Assembly: GCA_043228905.1 (NCBI GenBank)
Contig: JBHGNT010000029.1
Coordinates: forward strand, 310,701 to 374,700
Length of the DNA stretch: 64,000 nucleotides
From: Azolla caroliniana
Taxonomy: Eukaryota > Plantae > Polypodiophyta
Reading direction: 5' to 3'
Each line of letters starts with the position of its first letter. Within the stretch, counting starts at the first letter, position 1. The notes under the pieces are model-generated. The model ran no database searches. It was not told the origin of the DNA and saw only the letters and a list, made by a program, of their open reading frames with translations. The position numbers were made by a program, and so were the translations under genes. Below, one piece after another: positions 48,201 to 60,569 of this stretch.

Positions 48201-51132
48201 TTGGTTATGCCTTTTGGTTTGAACAATGCTCTGGCTACATTTCAACAAGAAATGAATGACATTTTCCGAGAACAACTTGGAAAATTTGTCGTTATTTTCT
48301 TGGATGATATCTTAGTTTATAGTCGTACATTACAAGAACATGCTAAATATGTCCGCTTTGTTTTACAAACATTGCGTGACAAACATTTTTATGCGAAGAT
48401 TTCAAAATGTGAGTTCTTCAAGAAATCAATTACTTATCTTGGACATCTCATAACCGAAGGAGGAGTTGAAATTGATCCTTCTCGCATCGCGAAAATCAAG
48501 CTTTGGCCCACTCTTCGGAATATTCGAGAAGTTCGATCATTCCTTAGTTTTGTCGGGTTTTTGCGAAAATCCCTTCGTAATTACTCCCAATTGATGACAC
48601 CGTTTACTGATCTTCTAAAAGGTCAAACGTGTAAGTTTACAAAACCTATTGTCTAGAATGCTACACTAGACCTCGCATTTAAGGAACTCAAGGACCTGGT
48701 GTGCAAGGTTCCTTCACGTCTTTTACCTGATCCTTCAAAACATTTTGAGGTTGAAACCAATGCAAGCGATTATGCTATAGGTGCTATCTTATATCAAGAT
48801 TGTAAAACAATAGCATTCGAGAGTAAGAAACTTGATTCTGCTCAATGTCAGTATACCATTCAAGAAAAGGAGTTATTTGCAATTATACATGCACTCAAAA
48901 CATGGCGCCATTATCTTTATGGAAATCGCTTTGTGGTAACTACGGACCACGAGTCCTTGAAATATTTTTGGTCCTTGAAATATTTTTGTGATCAACAAGA
49001 CCTAAAAGGTCGTAAGGCACGATGGGTTGATCTCATCCAGGACTTTGATTTTTCCATACGATATCGTAAAGGTTCCATGAACACTGTCCTGATGCACTAA
49101 GTCGCATCCGTGAAGTTAACATGCTTAGCTTCACTGAAATAACATTAGATCTTTATGATCACCTTCGAGGAAAGTGTCCTGATGACAGTTATTTTGCGAA
49201 ATACTAGGGAAGAGTTGATTCTGGAACAAACACCACCACATCCTCAAAGGAATACTTCCACATTGCTAACGGTCTGCTCTACCGTAATGGGAAGGTTTGT
49301 GTTCTAGATTTGCATGAGGTCAAAAAGAGAATTCCATAAAGATAATGGTGCCATGTTTTGAGTGTACGATGTATTCTAGGGTGCCCTGTTGAGGCCATGA
49401 TGCACCCTCAATAGGGCACCCTAGAATACATCGTACACTCATTCTAATCTCCATTCAATTCTATTGGCCTAAGATGCGCCCTGACATACATAGCTATGTG
49501 ACTAAATGTCACCAATGTCAGGTTAACAAAGCTGTGCGACTTAAAGCCGCAGGATTTTTACATCCCTTGGACATTCCCAATAATAAGTGGGAAAGTATAT
49601 CCATGGATTTTATTGTTAGCCTTCCTCGCACCCAAAAAGGCCATGATGCCATTTGGGTTGTGGCTGATAGATTAACAAAAATGGCCAGATTTATTGCTAC
49701 TAAAACCACGGTAATAGCTCCTAAATTGCCTTACCAATTCGTTGACGAGTTATTTCATTTTTATGGGTTACCGATGGATATTGTGAGTGATCGAGATCCA
49801 AAGTATACTAGTGACTTATGGACGCAAGTCTTCAAGAAGTTAGAAACTACATTGAGCATAAGCTCCACGGATCATCCTCAATCCGATGGACAGATAGAAC
49901 GAGTAAATCAAATTATTGAGGACATGCTTCGAGCATACGTTGGTGCAAAACCAACAAAATGGGAACGTTATCTCCCAATTTTGGAGTTTGCTTATAATAG
50001 CTCCAAGCATACGTCGACGGGATATAGTCCTTTTATGTTGATGTATGGTTTTCAGCCACGAGCCCCGATTCATGTTAATATACATCATGATGACTTGCGA
50101 ACTACGCAAAACTTTCTTTGGGATATGCAAGATATGTTGCATATTGCACGAGATAATATAAAAACAGCTCAAGATAGAGCATGTTTTTATGCCGATCATC
50201 ATAGGCAACCTCGTGTATTCAACCTTGGATAGAAGGTATTTTTACGTGTACCTCACAATTCTAAGGCATTGTCTAAGGGTAACTGTGCTAAGTTATCCCC
50301 ATGGTTTTGTGGACCTTTTATAGTCCTCAAACACATTGGGTCATTGGCCCATCGTCTCGCTCTTCCCGATGGTGTTGAAATTCATCCAGTTTTTCATGTG
50401 AGTCGTCTAAAAGAACTTCTAGGTTCTGGCGCCAATACAGTTACAACTGAAACTCTGGTTACTTCTGAAGAATTATCTTCTAAACCACATGTACCAGAAA
50501 TAATTCTCGATGTTAAAACAAAAAAATTACGTACTAAAGAAATCCGAGAATTTAAAATAAAATGGATGGATAAATCAATAAAAGATGCCACATGGGAATG
50601 CGAAAATTCTCTCAAAACTAACTTCCCTAACTTTCCATTGCAAGAGTGCAATGTTTTAAAGAGGGGGAGTATGTTACGGGCATGACCATATAATATCCCG
50701 TGGTGAGAATTTAACGTAGTATTCTATACACGTGGATAAGTGTGAGGGTTAAACGAGAGTGTAAAGAAGGGGAGGATTACTTTTAATCCTCGGGATTGAG
50801 ACAACCCATTAGGCCAAGTGTGAACTTTCCTGGGGGCCTTGGGTATCGCTATAAATAAGAGGCCTAGCTACCCTCATTTCATCATCTTTTGACTACGTCA
50901 AGACTCTGTTCTTGTGGTGGGTCAACTCTTGTAGCGAGCGCACCAGCACTAGGTACGACTCGATGCCACGACGGTGGTATGGGACGCCGATTGAGGCTCG
51001 AGTCTGTCTGCATCCCTTCGCTCGGGGGTGGTCGGGTGGATCAACACCCTTCTTTCTCTCTCTCCTCTCTATCTAGATCTATCGTTTATCCTTATCCTTT
51101 GCTTACATTAGTACTTATCTCTAATAGTAACA
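45220..51132 (+). mobile_element. Ty3/gypsy chromovirus LTR retrotransposon (degenerate gag-PR-RT-RH-INT-chromodomain)
   Basis: 3' LTR at 50672-51132 (TGTTAC..GTAACA) follows PPT GAGGGGGAG. The 5' LTR matches it only over 45220 to ~45600. Motifs LFDSGSSHNF, KLDLRTGYHQI, FLDDILVYS, ETNASDYAIG, SMDFI, HPQSDGQIER and chromodomain KIKW..ATWE. No matching TSD seen. Confidence 0.88.
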
Positions 51133-51134
51133 TT

Positions 51135-52105
51135 GACTCAAAAAGCCTCTCCACGGTTTCAAGCTAGCACCTGGAGCATGACACTTGAAGATAACCCAAT
51201 ATCTTCACCAAATTAGCTTCAAAATGTCCAAGTCTGACAATTCCTTGTTGATTTTGGAGCTAATCCAGAGGACAAAATATTCATCATAATATACGTCGAC
51301 GACTTAGTCATTGGAGGAGAGCACATAGTCGATATCAATAATATCAAGAAGCTTCTCTCCAGCCGATTCAAAATGAAGGACATGAAGGAGCTCCATTACT
51401 TTCTAGGTATTGAAGTAATTCGGACCCCATTCGGGATTATGATCTCCCAACAACACTACATCCTCAACTAATTATACAAGTTTGGGACGACAGAAGCAAA
51501 TCTGTGGGAACCCCTCTCGATCGCAACCTAAAGCTAGATGTTTACTCAAGCACAAAAGAGTGTGAGCCGACTCATTATCGTAAGTTGATTGGCAACCTAA
51601 TATATCTCACTATCACTTGACCTGACCTAAGTTATCCAGTTGGCCACCTTAGTCAGTTTGTGCAGACACCTTGCACCATTCATCTGGATTGTGTTAAGCA
51701 AGTGCTAAGGTATGTAAGTGGGACAATGGACTATGGCATCCTTTACAAATTAGCCACACCGATGTCGACTGTGCCAACTACAAAGTTGATAGATGATCAA
51801 CATCAAGATTCATCTTCTCCCTTGGTAGTGGAGCCATATCATGAAGCAGCAAGAAGTAGCCGATAGTCGCACTATTGAGAACAGAAGCTGAATACAGGTG
51901 CGCGGTCGTGGCCACATGTGAAGCCATATGGCTCAAGAGGATTCTCAAGGATCTGGATGTCTCCACCAAAGATCCAAACCTCCTATACTGCGACACCATC
52001 AACTATATCAATTTGGCTTGCAACCGAGTTTTCCACGCTCGAACTAAGCACATCGAGGTGCACTACCATTTCATCCGAGAACGTGTAATGATGGGTGTTA
52101 TCGTG
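51135..52105 (+). mobile_element. Degenerate copia RT/RNase H fragment
   Basis: [36 protein letters not shown], with multiple lesions. Confidence 0.8.
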
Positions 52106-54215
52106 TAATTTGTATACTACGTGAAAAATGTATGGAGTACTCGATTGAATAAGTATGAAGAAAAAGAGAAAAATGTTAAAATCTTATTACATTTATAGGG
52201 CAAGATTTGAACTTTGTACCTCCATGTTAACACTTTTAAACCTTACCATTATACTAACATATTATGAGTGGTAAGAAAATTAGATTTTAATATACAAAAC
52301 GTTATTCTCACACATATTTTCTAGGAAAAAGCTACTCATGCACATCTAGCGTGCATGAACACTATAGTTAGAAAAAAGGCATGATTAAAAGAAAATGCTA
52401 CTCATGCACATCTAGTGTGCATGAACACTTTAGTTAGAAGAAAAAGCATGAAGTCCATAGTTAGAAAAAGCATGAACTTAGAAAAAAAAGCATGGATTGT
52501 TATGTGCTAAGTTACACTTAGCCTCTCCCATCACTATATAAGGATGGTAGTAAAATGTAATTGGGTATGAAAAATTAGGGAATTGATAAAGTTTGTGGTA
52601 AAACTTTTTCTTTCCCCAAAAAAATAAAACTACTTCCATTAGTCAAGGCAATGTACATAGGATAATATACAACTCATATCTTACAGGCCAACTTGCATGT
52701 CAAAAGGAAAACAATATGTGTAAAGGAAATGTAAAGAATCGGATATGATTCTTGTGAAGCGGAAGCGATGTGAGTTATGTGTGTATGTGTGAGAGAAGAG
52801 AGGAGAGGAGAGAAACACAAGATAGATAAGAGACAATATGAAGTACTCAAGAAGAAGGAGGAGATGTATATTAAAAAGTAGAATATGAGATACAAAATAG
52901 CGTTACAAGGAAGTCACAACCGACTTAATATGGAGTAGGAGGAGGGTGCTTTATATAGAGTCACCCTCTCTCTTCATTTACTCACTACAACGTTCACTCT
53001 CTCATTAGAGCCTTGAGGAATGTGAAGTCTTACGGTCATGGGGAATGTGGAACCATTAGTTATGTATCATAGAATATGAATCTATGACACATAGTTTAAT
53101 GTGTAGAGAGTGGGTAATCATAGATTCTCAAAAGGTGTGTTTACACGTTGCTCTATGTTGAGCTTGATTCTCAACACGCCCCCTCAAGCTCAACTCAGGT
53201 CGGCACCTTTCGGGGTTCAGACGATCTCCATTGTCCGTTTCGGGTCGTACTCGGTTCGGTCGGTATCCGATTCTTGCTTGTACTCCCCCTCAAGCTTGGC
53301 AAGTCAGGGATCATCAATCCAAGGTCTGACATGAATTGTTGAAGCTTGTTGGCTCCTACGGCTTTCGTGAAGATGTGTGTTGATGTGTAGAAAGACGACA
53401 TCTCCGGCCTGAACACGCTCTCGAATGAAGTGATAGTGCACTTCTATATGCTTTGTGCGTGTGTGGAACACCAGGTTCTGAGCCAAATAAATATTGCTCA
53501 TGTTGTCGCAGTAAAGGGGAGTGGATCCTTGATGGGAACGCCCAGATCCTTCAAAATCCTCTTAAGCCATACGGCTTCACATGCAGCTACGGCTGCGCCC
53601 CTGTATTTTGCCTCCGTACTCGAAAGAGCGACAATAGGCTGCTTCTTGCTACTCCACGAAATCGCTCCGCTTCCGAGGGAGAAGACGAATCTGGAGGTTG
53701 ATCGTCGATCGGCTTTGTAGCCAGCCCAATCCGCGTTCGTGTATCCTTCGAGTCGTATTGGTGTGGCCGTTTTGTAGAGAATGCCGTAATCCATTGTTCC
53801 GCTCACATATCGTAATACTCGCTTAGCGCAATCGAAATGGATATCTCGCGGAGTTTGCATGAATTGATTAAGGAGTCCGACCGGATAGCTAAGGTCAGGT
53901 CGTGTGATCGTGAGATAGATGAGACTCCCGATCAGTTGTTGATATTGAGTTGGATCGCACTGGTTCGTGCCGGAGTCGGTATCTAGTTTCAAGTTTCTAT
54001 CGAGAGGCATAGCGATCGATTTGCACTCTGTCATCCCGAACTTGTATAACAAGTTGAGAATGTAGTGGCGTTGAGATATCATAATGCCGTCCGGATTCCG
54101 AATCACCTCGATGCCTAGGAAGTAGTGTAGCTCCTTCATGTCCGTCATCTCGAATTTGTTGGAGAGGAGGGACTTCACCTTGTTGATGTCGAGTAAATGC
54201 TCACCTCCAATAACA

Positions 54216-54650
54216 TGTTGGGAGATAGGTCCCTCCGGATGGAAAGGGAGAAGAACAGTGCCGACGAACAAACTCGGCCGAGGCCGACAGGCCTCGGCCG
54301 AAACGGTATGAACCGGATGAGGAGTACCCGACTGCGGAGAGCCGGATAGTGTAGGCCCGGTATGAACCGGATGAGGAGTACCCGACTGCGGAGAGCTGGA
54401 TGGTGTAGGCCCGGTATGAACCGGATGAGGAGTACCCGACTGCGGAGAGCCGGATGGTGCAGGCCCGGTATGAACCGGAGGAAGAGATATATTCGTAAAT
54501 ATGTTTCTGAGAGCCCATCGAGGCTACATTTGTAAATAGCCGAAAAGTCATATTAGTATAAATATGACTTAGGGCAAACTTTTAGTTTGTGTGGTTTTGT
54601 TGTTGTTATTCTTCCTTGTTGGTGCAAGAAGAAGCGAGAGCGCGTAACTG

Positions 54651-54682
<32 letters not shown>

Positions 54683-54959
54683 CGAGGTCGTTGCCTTTGT
54701 TGTAACCGCCGCCTGTGGCGAAGACCTGAGAGCACGAGGTCGTTGCCTCAGTGAACTCACTGTTGTATATTCCTACAGAGTGACAGTTTGCAGCCTGTGG
54801 TCTGCCGTGGTTTTTCCCCTAATTTGGGGTTTTCCACGTAAACCTCCTGTGTACCATTTCTCCCCTTTTGTGTCGCGTTTCATTACCTGTTTTTCTGTGT
54901 ATGAAAAGAATCTCGGTTGTGGCCGAGCGTCGGACATAAGGAACGTCGAGTTCTCAACA
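54216..54959 (+). mobile_element. Solo LTR (744 bp) related to the LTR at 2119, inserted in the RT of the 52730 element
   Basis: TGTTG..CAACA ends; TSD TAACA/TAACG interrupts YVDDLV|IGG. Start TGTTGGGAGATAGGTCCCTCCGGATGGAAAG resembles TGTTAGGAAACAGGTCCCTCGGGATGGGAAG. Confidence 0.85.
54304..54480 (+). repeat. 54-bp tandem repeat (~3.3 copies) inside the solo LTR
   Basis: CGGTATGAACCGGATGAGGAGTACCCGACTGCGGAGAGCCGGATAGTGTAGGCC starting at 54304, 54358, 54412 and 54466. Confidence 0.95.
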
Positions 54960-57900
54960 TAACGAGATCATCCACGTATAGAATGATGACAACTGGGCTT
55001 TTAGACTCGTTTCGTACATAGAGGGAGTTGTCGGATTTCGACATTCGAAAGCCGATTTGATGAAGATATTGCGTAATCTTCGAATGCCAACCACGTGATG
55101 CTTGCTTGAGGCCGTAGAGAGGCTTCTTGAGTCAACATACAGCTTTCAGATGGATGTTGGATTCGAAGCCAGGTGGTTGAACCATGTACACCTCCTCTTC
55201 CAATTCACCTTGAAGAAAGGCGTTCTTTACGTCCATTTGGTGGAGGTGCCACCCTTTCGCCGCTGCAAGTGCGATCACGGTCCGCATAGTCATCATCTTT
55301 GCCATCGAGGCAAAGGTCTCTTCATAGTTGACTCCATGTGTTTGCGCGTATCCTTTCACTACGAGTCGAGCTTTGTAGCGATTGACGGAGCCATCAGCTT
55401 TATACTTCACCTTGTAGATCCATCTGCAGCCTATCGCCTTCTTGTGCGGTGAGTGGGGAAGGATATCCCATGTGTCATTCTTGCGTAGTGCACGCATCTC
55501 CTCGTTCATTGCTTCGATCAATCGCGGGTCCTTCGCTGCTTCGGAAAAGGTTTCCGGCTCCCGTATTGTTGCGACCTTCATCATAAAGGCGTAATGGTAT
55601 GCCATATACTCATCGTAGCCAAAGCGGCTTACGGGGTTCTTTTCATGGGTGGATAGGCGTAGCTTCTCATTTGCGGATTCTAAGGCTTTCTTCACTCCAT
55701 TTGTTCGGATACATTTCTCCTTTTGCTCCAGTGAGTATCCTACGAGGATACATTTCTCTGACTTCGGGTCAAGCTTTTGACGCTTCTCGTCGGGGATGTG
55801 AATGTACGCAATGGAGCCGAATATCCGAACATGCGATAGGTCTGGCTTCTTTCCGAAGAACTTCTCATGCGGAGTAAGTTCGTGCACACCCGATGTCATA
55901 CACCGATTCATGAGATAGACGACGTGTTAGCTGCTTCTATCCAATACGATTTTGGCATGTGCTTTTCGTTAAGCATAGCCCATGCCACTTTGAGGATGTG
56001 CCGATTCTTGCATTCGGCCACTCCATTTTGTTGTGGCGTATGTCGACATGAAAACTCTCGCCGTATTCCTTCTTTTCATAGAAACGCCAAAAATTCGTCA
56101 GAGAAGTACTCCTTGCCTCTATCCGACCGATGACATCGTACATGTCGGCCCGTGGCTTTCTTGACTTCATTCTTAAATTTTTGGAAGATTCCGAACACTT
56201 CGCTCTTTTGTCACATTGGGTAGATCCAAGTGTGCCTAGAGAAGTTGTCGATGAAGGTCACGTAGTATCGGCATCCGCCAAATGTCGCCATTTGAGCCAG
56301 ACCCCATACATCGGAATGAATTACGTCAAGTAAGCCTTTGCTCACGTTCCATTTCTTCGGGAATGGGTGCCGAGGTTGCTTACTGAATTGGCAAGCGGTA
56401 CACACACCTTCAATATCTTTCTCCGTGAATGTCGGGAGCCCGATGACGACTCCTTTCGATTGCATTGCCTTGAGCTTTTGGAGGTTGATATGGACAATCC
56501 ACTTGTGCCATAACTCTATGTCGGAATCGGCTTTCATGCCCTTTGCGAACATGGCCGATTTCATCTCGTGTGAGTCGAGAATGAACATTCGGCCCTCTCT
56601 TCGTCCACATGTGATGAGTCAGCCCTCTTTTTCGATGAAGCAACTGCCTTGATTAAATCATACTTGCATTCCTTGCTCTACAATTTGGCCGATGGAGACT
56701 AAATTCTTCGTGATAGTTGGTACATGCAAGAAATTTTCAATATAAGTTTTCTTACCTTCTTCTCCGAACGGAACATTTCCGATGTGCCAAATCGGGTGCA
56801 TAGTATCGTCTCCGGTTTCGACATAGCCGGGTCAGTCCGGCTCTCGATGTTCTCGGAACCATTCTTCATTCGACGTCATATGGTTCGAGGCACCGGAATC
56901 GATGAACCATACGTCTTCCGGACCGGAGGCATTAGTAGAAGTAGAGGCCAACATAGAATTTGCTCTATGTCTCATCATGAACATTCCGCCGTGATCGTCA
57001 TAGTCGGAGTTGATGGCGTAGTTGGTGAGCACCATCTCGTCATCCTCCAAGTTTGCGCTTATCGAACCGAGCGAATCACAAAGCTCCTTGATCTTCAAGG
57101 TGTAGCTCGTGACAGACATATCCCTTTGTTGGATATTATTCAACTCTTGGCGGAGTTGAAGCTTTCTCGCGGTAGTGTTGGTGGCGAAAATCTTTCGTAG
57201 ATTCTCCCACGCTTCCTTCGGCGTCTTGGCTTCTCGAATGTACCCGAGCATGTGGTCGTGAACACATGTCGCCAAGCAATACATCACTCGGCTTGCCGCT
57301 TGCTCCCATGTTGCATAGTCGGCGTCTTCCGGGTTGGGCGATTTTCTTGTGCTCCTTTGATGTAGCTCCAATAGCCTTGGCCGACAAGTTATTGGTGCAT
57401 CTTGTACTCCCAAGATGCAAAGTTGTTGCGATCCAACTTCTCGCTAGGGAGAGCACTCCCCATTTGAGTATTCATTGTCGATGTTGATTTCTTCCTTCTT
57501 TTCTTTTCCTTCTCTCTTGAACATGAGCTACGTAGTCGCATTACGATAGCGATGAGCCGGTTCTTCTTGAATGTCGGCGTAGAGCACAACACACGATCAC
57601 GATGAGGTGAATGGGCTAGATCGAGCTACAAAATCGCTCTGATACCATGTAAAGAATCGGATATGATTCTTGTGAAGCGGAAGAGATGTGAGTTATGTGT
57701 GTATGTGTGAGAGAAGAGAGGAGAGGAGAGAAACACAAGATAGATAAGAGACAATATGAAGTACTCAAGAAGAAGGAGGAGATGTATATTAACAAGTAGA
57801 ATATGAGATACAAAATAACGTTACAAGGAGTCACAACCGACTTAATATGGAGTAGGAGGAGGGTGCTTTATATAGAGTCACCCTCTCTTTTCATTTACTC

Positions 57901-58129
57901 ACTACAACGTTCACTCTCTCACTAGAGCCTTGAGGAATGTGAAGTCTTACGGTCATGGGGAATGTGGAACCATTAGTTATGTGTCATAGAATATGAATCT
58001 ATGACACATAGTTTAATGTGTAGAGAGTGGTGATTTGACTCTTGACCTTTGAGTAATCATAGATTCTCAAAAGGTGTGTTCACACGTTGCTCTATGTTGA
58101 GCTTGATTCTCAACAAGAAACAACAAAAA

Positions 58130-59430
58130 CAACTCCAAAACACCACATCATTCGAAGAGCATAACATTACCCGAACGCATACCCTCCATGTGAGCCTCAT
58201 ACAACCCGAATTCAGCATAGGCATCCTCCACTCTCTTCTCATGGTAGCACCCATCTATATGTTAGGTACACTCGGAGGGAACAACCACCGTCGTGGTTGA
58301 TAATTCCACTTCGCTTTGCCATCCACCATCTGCAACATCAACAAGCTGCTCCATTGTAGAAGGAACCGAGCTCTAGCTTCTTTGCTTGCATCTGAAGGCC
58401 CTTGAAGACTTTCAAACTCTCCTCATAATGAAGAAATGAGATTAAACCAAATCATCATTAAACTCTTAGCCAGTGGGGTTCGCTTACCTGAGAAAGTCTC
58501 CTTGCACCTAGATACCCACACTTGCCAAACCGTAAGGCCGACCACTAATAACCATATGTCCACATAGCGTTCCTGCATGAAGAATGAACCTCCTTGCGCT
58601 GGTTGTACAGTTCCTTACATCACCTTTAAAGAAGGACTATTTCCATTCCACCCTTGAAACGACGCAGCCAATTCAGTGGCCAACCAAGTGACTGCGGCGC
58701 TCGATACATGAACCTCAACCCCGAATCGAGCCAAGATTCTTAAGCTCCTTAGCCAAACTTCTTGGGCTCGTGGGCAACACCACAAACAATGTGCGATGTC
58801 CTCCAAGCTCGCACTGTAGGCCTTGCAACTACTCATGCCACCTCTTTTCCCAAGCCACTCTCCCGTTGGAACAACCCGATGGGTGATTAACCAAAAAAAC
58901 ACTTTGATCCGCTCGAGAAGGGATGAGTTCCATATCTTGCTCCTGGTTCTATCGACGAAGATTGAATCGACAGCTACATGGGCCCATTTGTTGGCACACT
59001 TCTCATGATGCCAACATAACTTTCTCCCCAAGTGCGTCGAGAATTCGATGAAACCTATTGATTTATCTTGTTCTGCCTTCCACTTATATTCAGCAGGATC
59101 CCATTCTAAGCACTCGAGTGGCTTGCCTTCAACCACATACAAGATCCAGTCCTCCTCAACCTCATCGACTAGTGGATTCACCTTCCATTTCTTGCCGTCT
59201 CGTGCCACAATTCTACTCGGGTACCAACTTGCACTTTCATTTATTGATCTCAACTGGACGATCTTCCCATTCTTTCCTAGACCCCTGACATTTATAATAT
59301 TCCTGGTATCATCACATTGTTCGGACCTTTCACCCTCTTCCCCATTACTAATAGGAACAGAGTAGACAGTTGTATTGACTAGGTCAAGCATCTTTTTGCC
59401 ATTTCTGACCTTTGCCACGTCTTCATATAA
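58130..59430 (-). mobile_element. L1-like LINE 3' fragment with zf-RVT domain
   Basis: KIWNSSLLERIKVFFWLITHRVVPTGEWL..C....EDIAHCLWCCPRAQEVW. Confidence 0.8.
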
Positions 59431-59489
59431 TTTTGGGGTAAAAGTTATGGGGAATTATTAGGGTTTAAAATATGGATTAATCTAATAAA

Positions 59490-59712
59490 CTATACTCGTG
59501 GGATTCAGGAGTTTTCTATCTCTTTCTCTTTCAATCTATTCATATTCTTATCTAAATATTGATTAATAAAATACATTATACTCGTGGGATTCACAAGTTT
59601 TCTATCTCTCTCTCTTTCAATCTATTCATATTCTTATCTAAATATTGATTAATACAATATACTCGTGGGATTCACGAGTTTCCTATCTCTCTTTCTTGCA
59701 ATCTATTCATAA
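59490..59712 (+). repeat. ~80-87-bp tandem repeat, about 3 copies
   Basis: TACTCGTGGGATTCA..TTTCTATCTCT..TCAATCTATTCATA at about 59493, 59579 and 59659. Confidence 0.85.
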
Positions 59713-59789
59713 CTAGATTTGCCTCAAATTCCTCCTCCTCCTAGTCCAAAACCTCAACAGTTCCCACTCTACTCATGCCATGATCCAGC

Positions 59790-60396
59790 GCCGAAAAGGC
59801 ATGACACTAGAGATGTCGGCCTGCAACACATCAACATGAACCTGCAAATAGCTGACATCTTCATGAAGGCCTTGGGAGCCAACAAGCTGCGGTAGTTCAC
59901 GACAAACTTATGACTCTCGTCTGCCAACCAACTGAGCTTGAGGGGGAGTGAGGAGCCGTCAACCGACATGGAATCGAACGGTACAGAACGAACACAGAAA
60001 ATGGAGTGAGCCAGCCATCCACAACCAAAGCCGACTCGGATACCAATCAAGAGCCAAACCAACTATTTGGTGATTGGAAGTTGTGTTTGAAGGGGAGTGT
60101 TGAGAATCAAACTCAACTTCCCTAGTGTGGGAACACACCTTAGGAGCATCCAAGTGTGTGAACACCACACTACTTTATATCATAACTAATGTGTCATAGA
60201 ACTTAACTCTTATGACACATAGGTAGTAGGGAGTTAAGTCTCCACCTCTTTCCCAAGAGGTAGTTATAGTAAGTTAGTATAGACAAAAGGTGACTACATA
60301 AGCTCCTTCTCGTCTTTGTAACCTTTGGTCATTCTTGTTAATATACAGTTTTCTGTATACTTGTGTTTTTTTTTCTCTCTCTCTCTCTCTCTCTCT

Positions 60397-60437
<41 letters not shown>

Positions 60438-60472
60438 CTTCTGCTGCATAGAATCACACTCGATTCTTTACA
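59790..60472 (+). mobile_element. Copia 3' remnant: end of RNase H, PPT and LTR (60098-60472)
   Basis: DVGLQHINMNLQIADIFMKALGANK, PPT TGAAGGGGAG, and LTR TGTTGAGAATCAA..CTTTACA, whose termini are the reverse complement of the 31404/52730 family LTR ends. Confidence 0.8.
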
Positions 60473-60569
60473 ACAGCTAACTTGAATTTAGTAACTATGA
60501 TATCAAGACCTTCTTCGACTTCTTCCACTTCATGGTTTCATATTCTATTCACTCTTGTTCCACTTGACA

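Larger units (their letters stand above)
52730..58115 (-). mobile_element. Ty1/copia LTR element (near full length, degenerate) containing a nested solo LTR
   Basis: LTRs at 52730-53176 and 57648-58115. Probable TSD GGAAA/AGAAA (1 mismatch). PBS at 57636-57647. Gag, PR, INT (HSDVWG), RT (YKARLVVKGY, QMDVKNAF) and RH motifs present. Same family as 31404-35131. Confidence 0.92.

Noticed and set aside
52330-52495. Short tandem duplications (GCTACTCATGCACATCTAG..; TAGTTAGAAAAAGCATGA)
   Set aside because: Ordinary local slippage repeats with no further structure.
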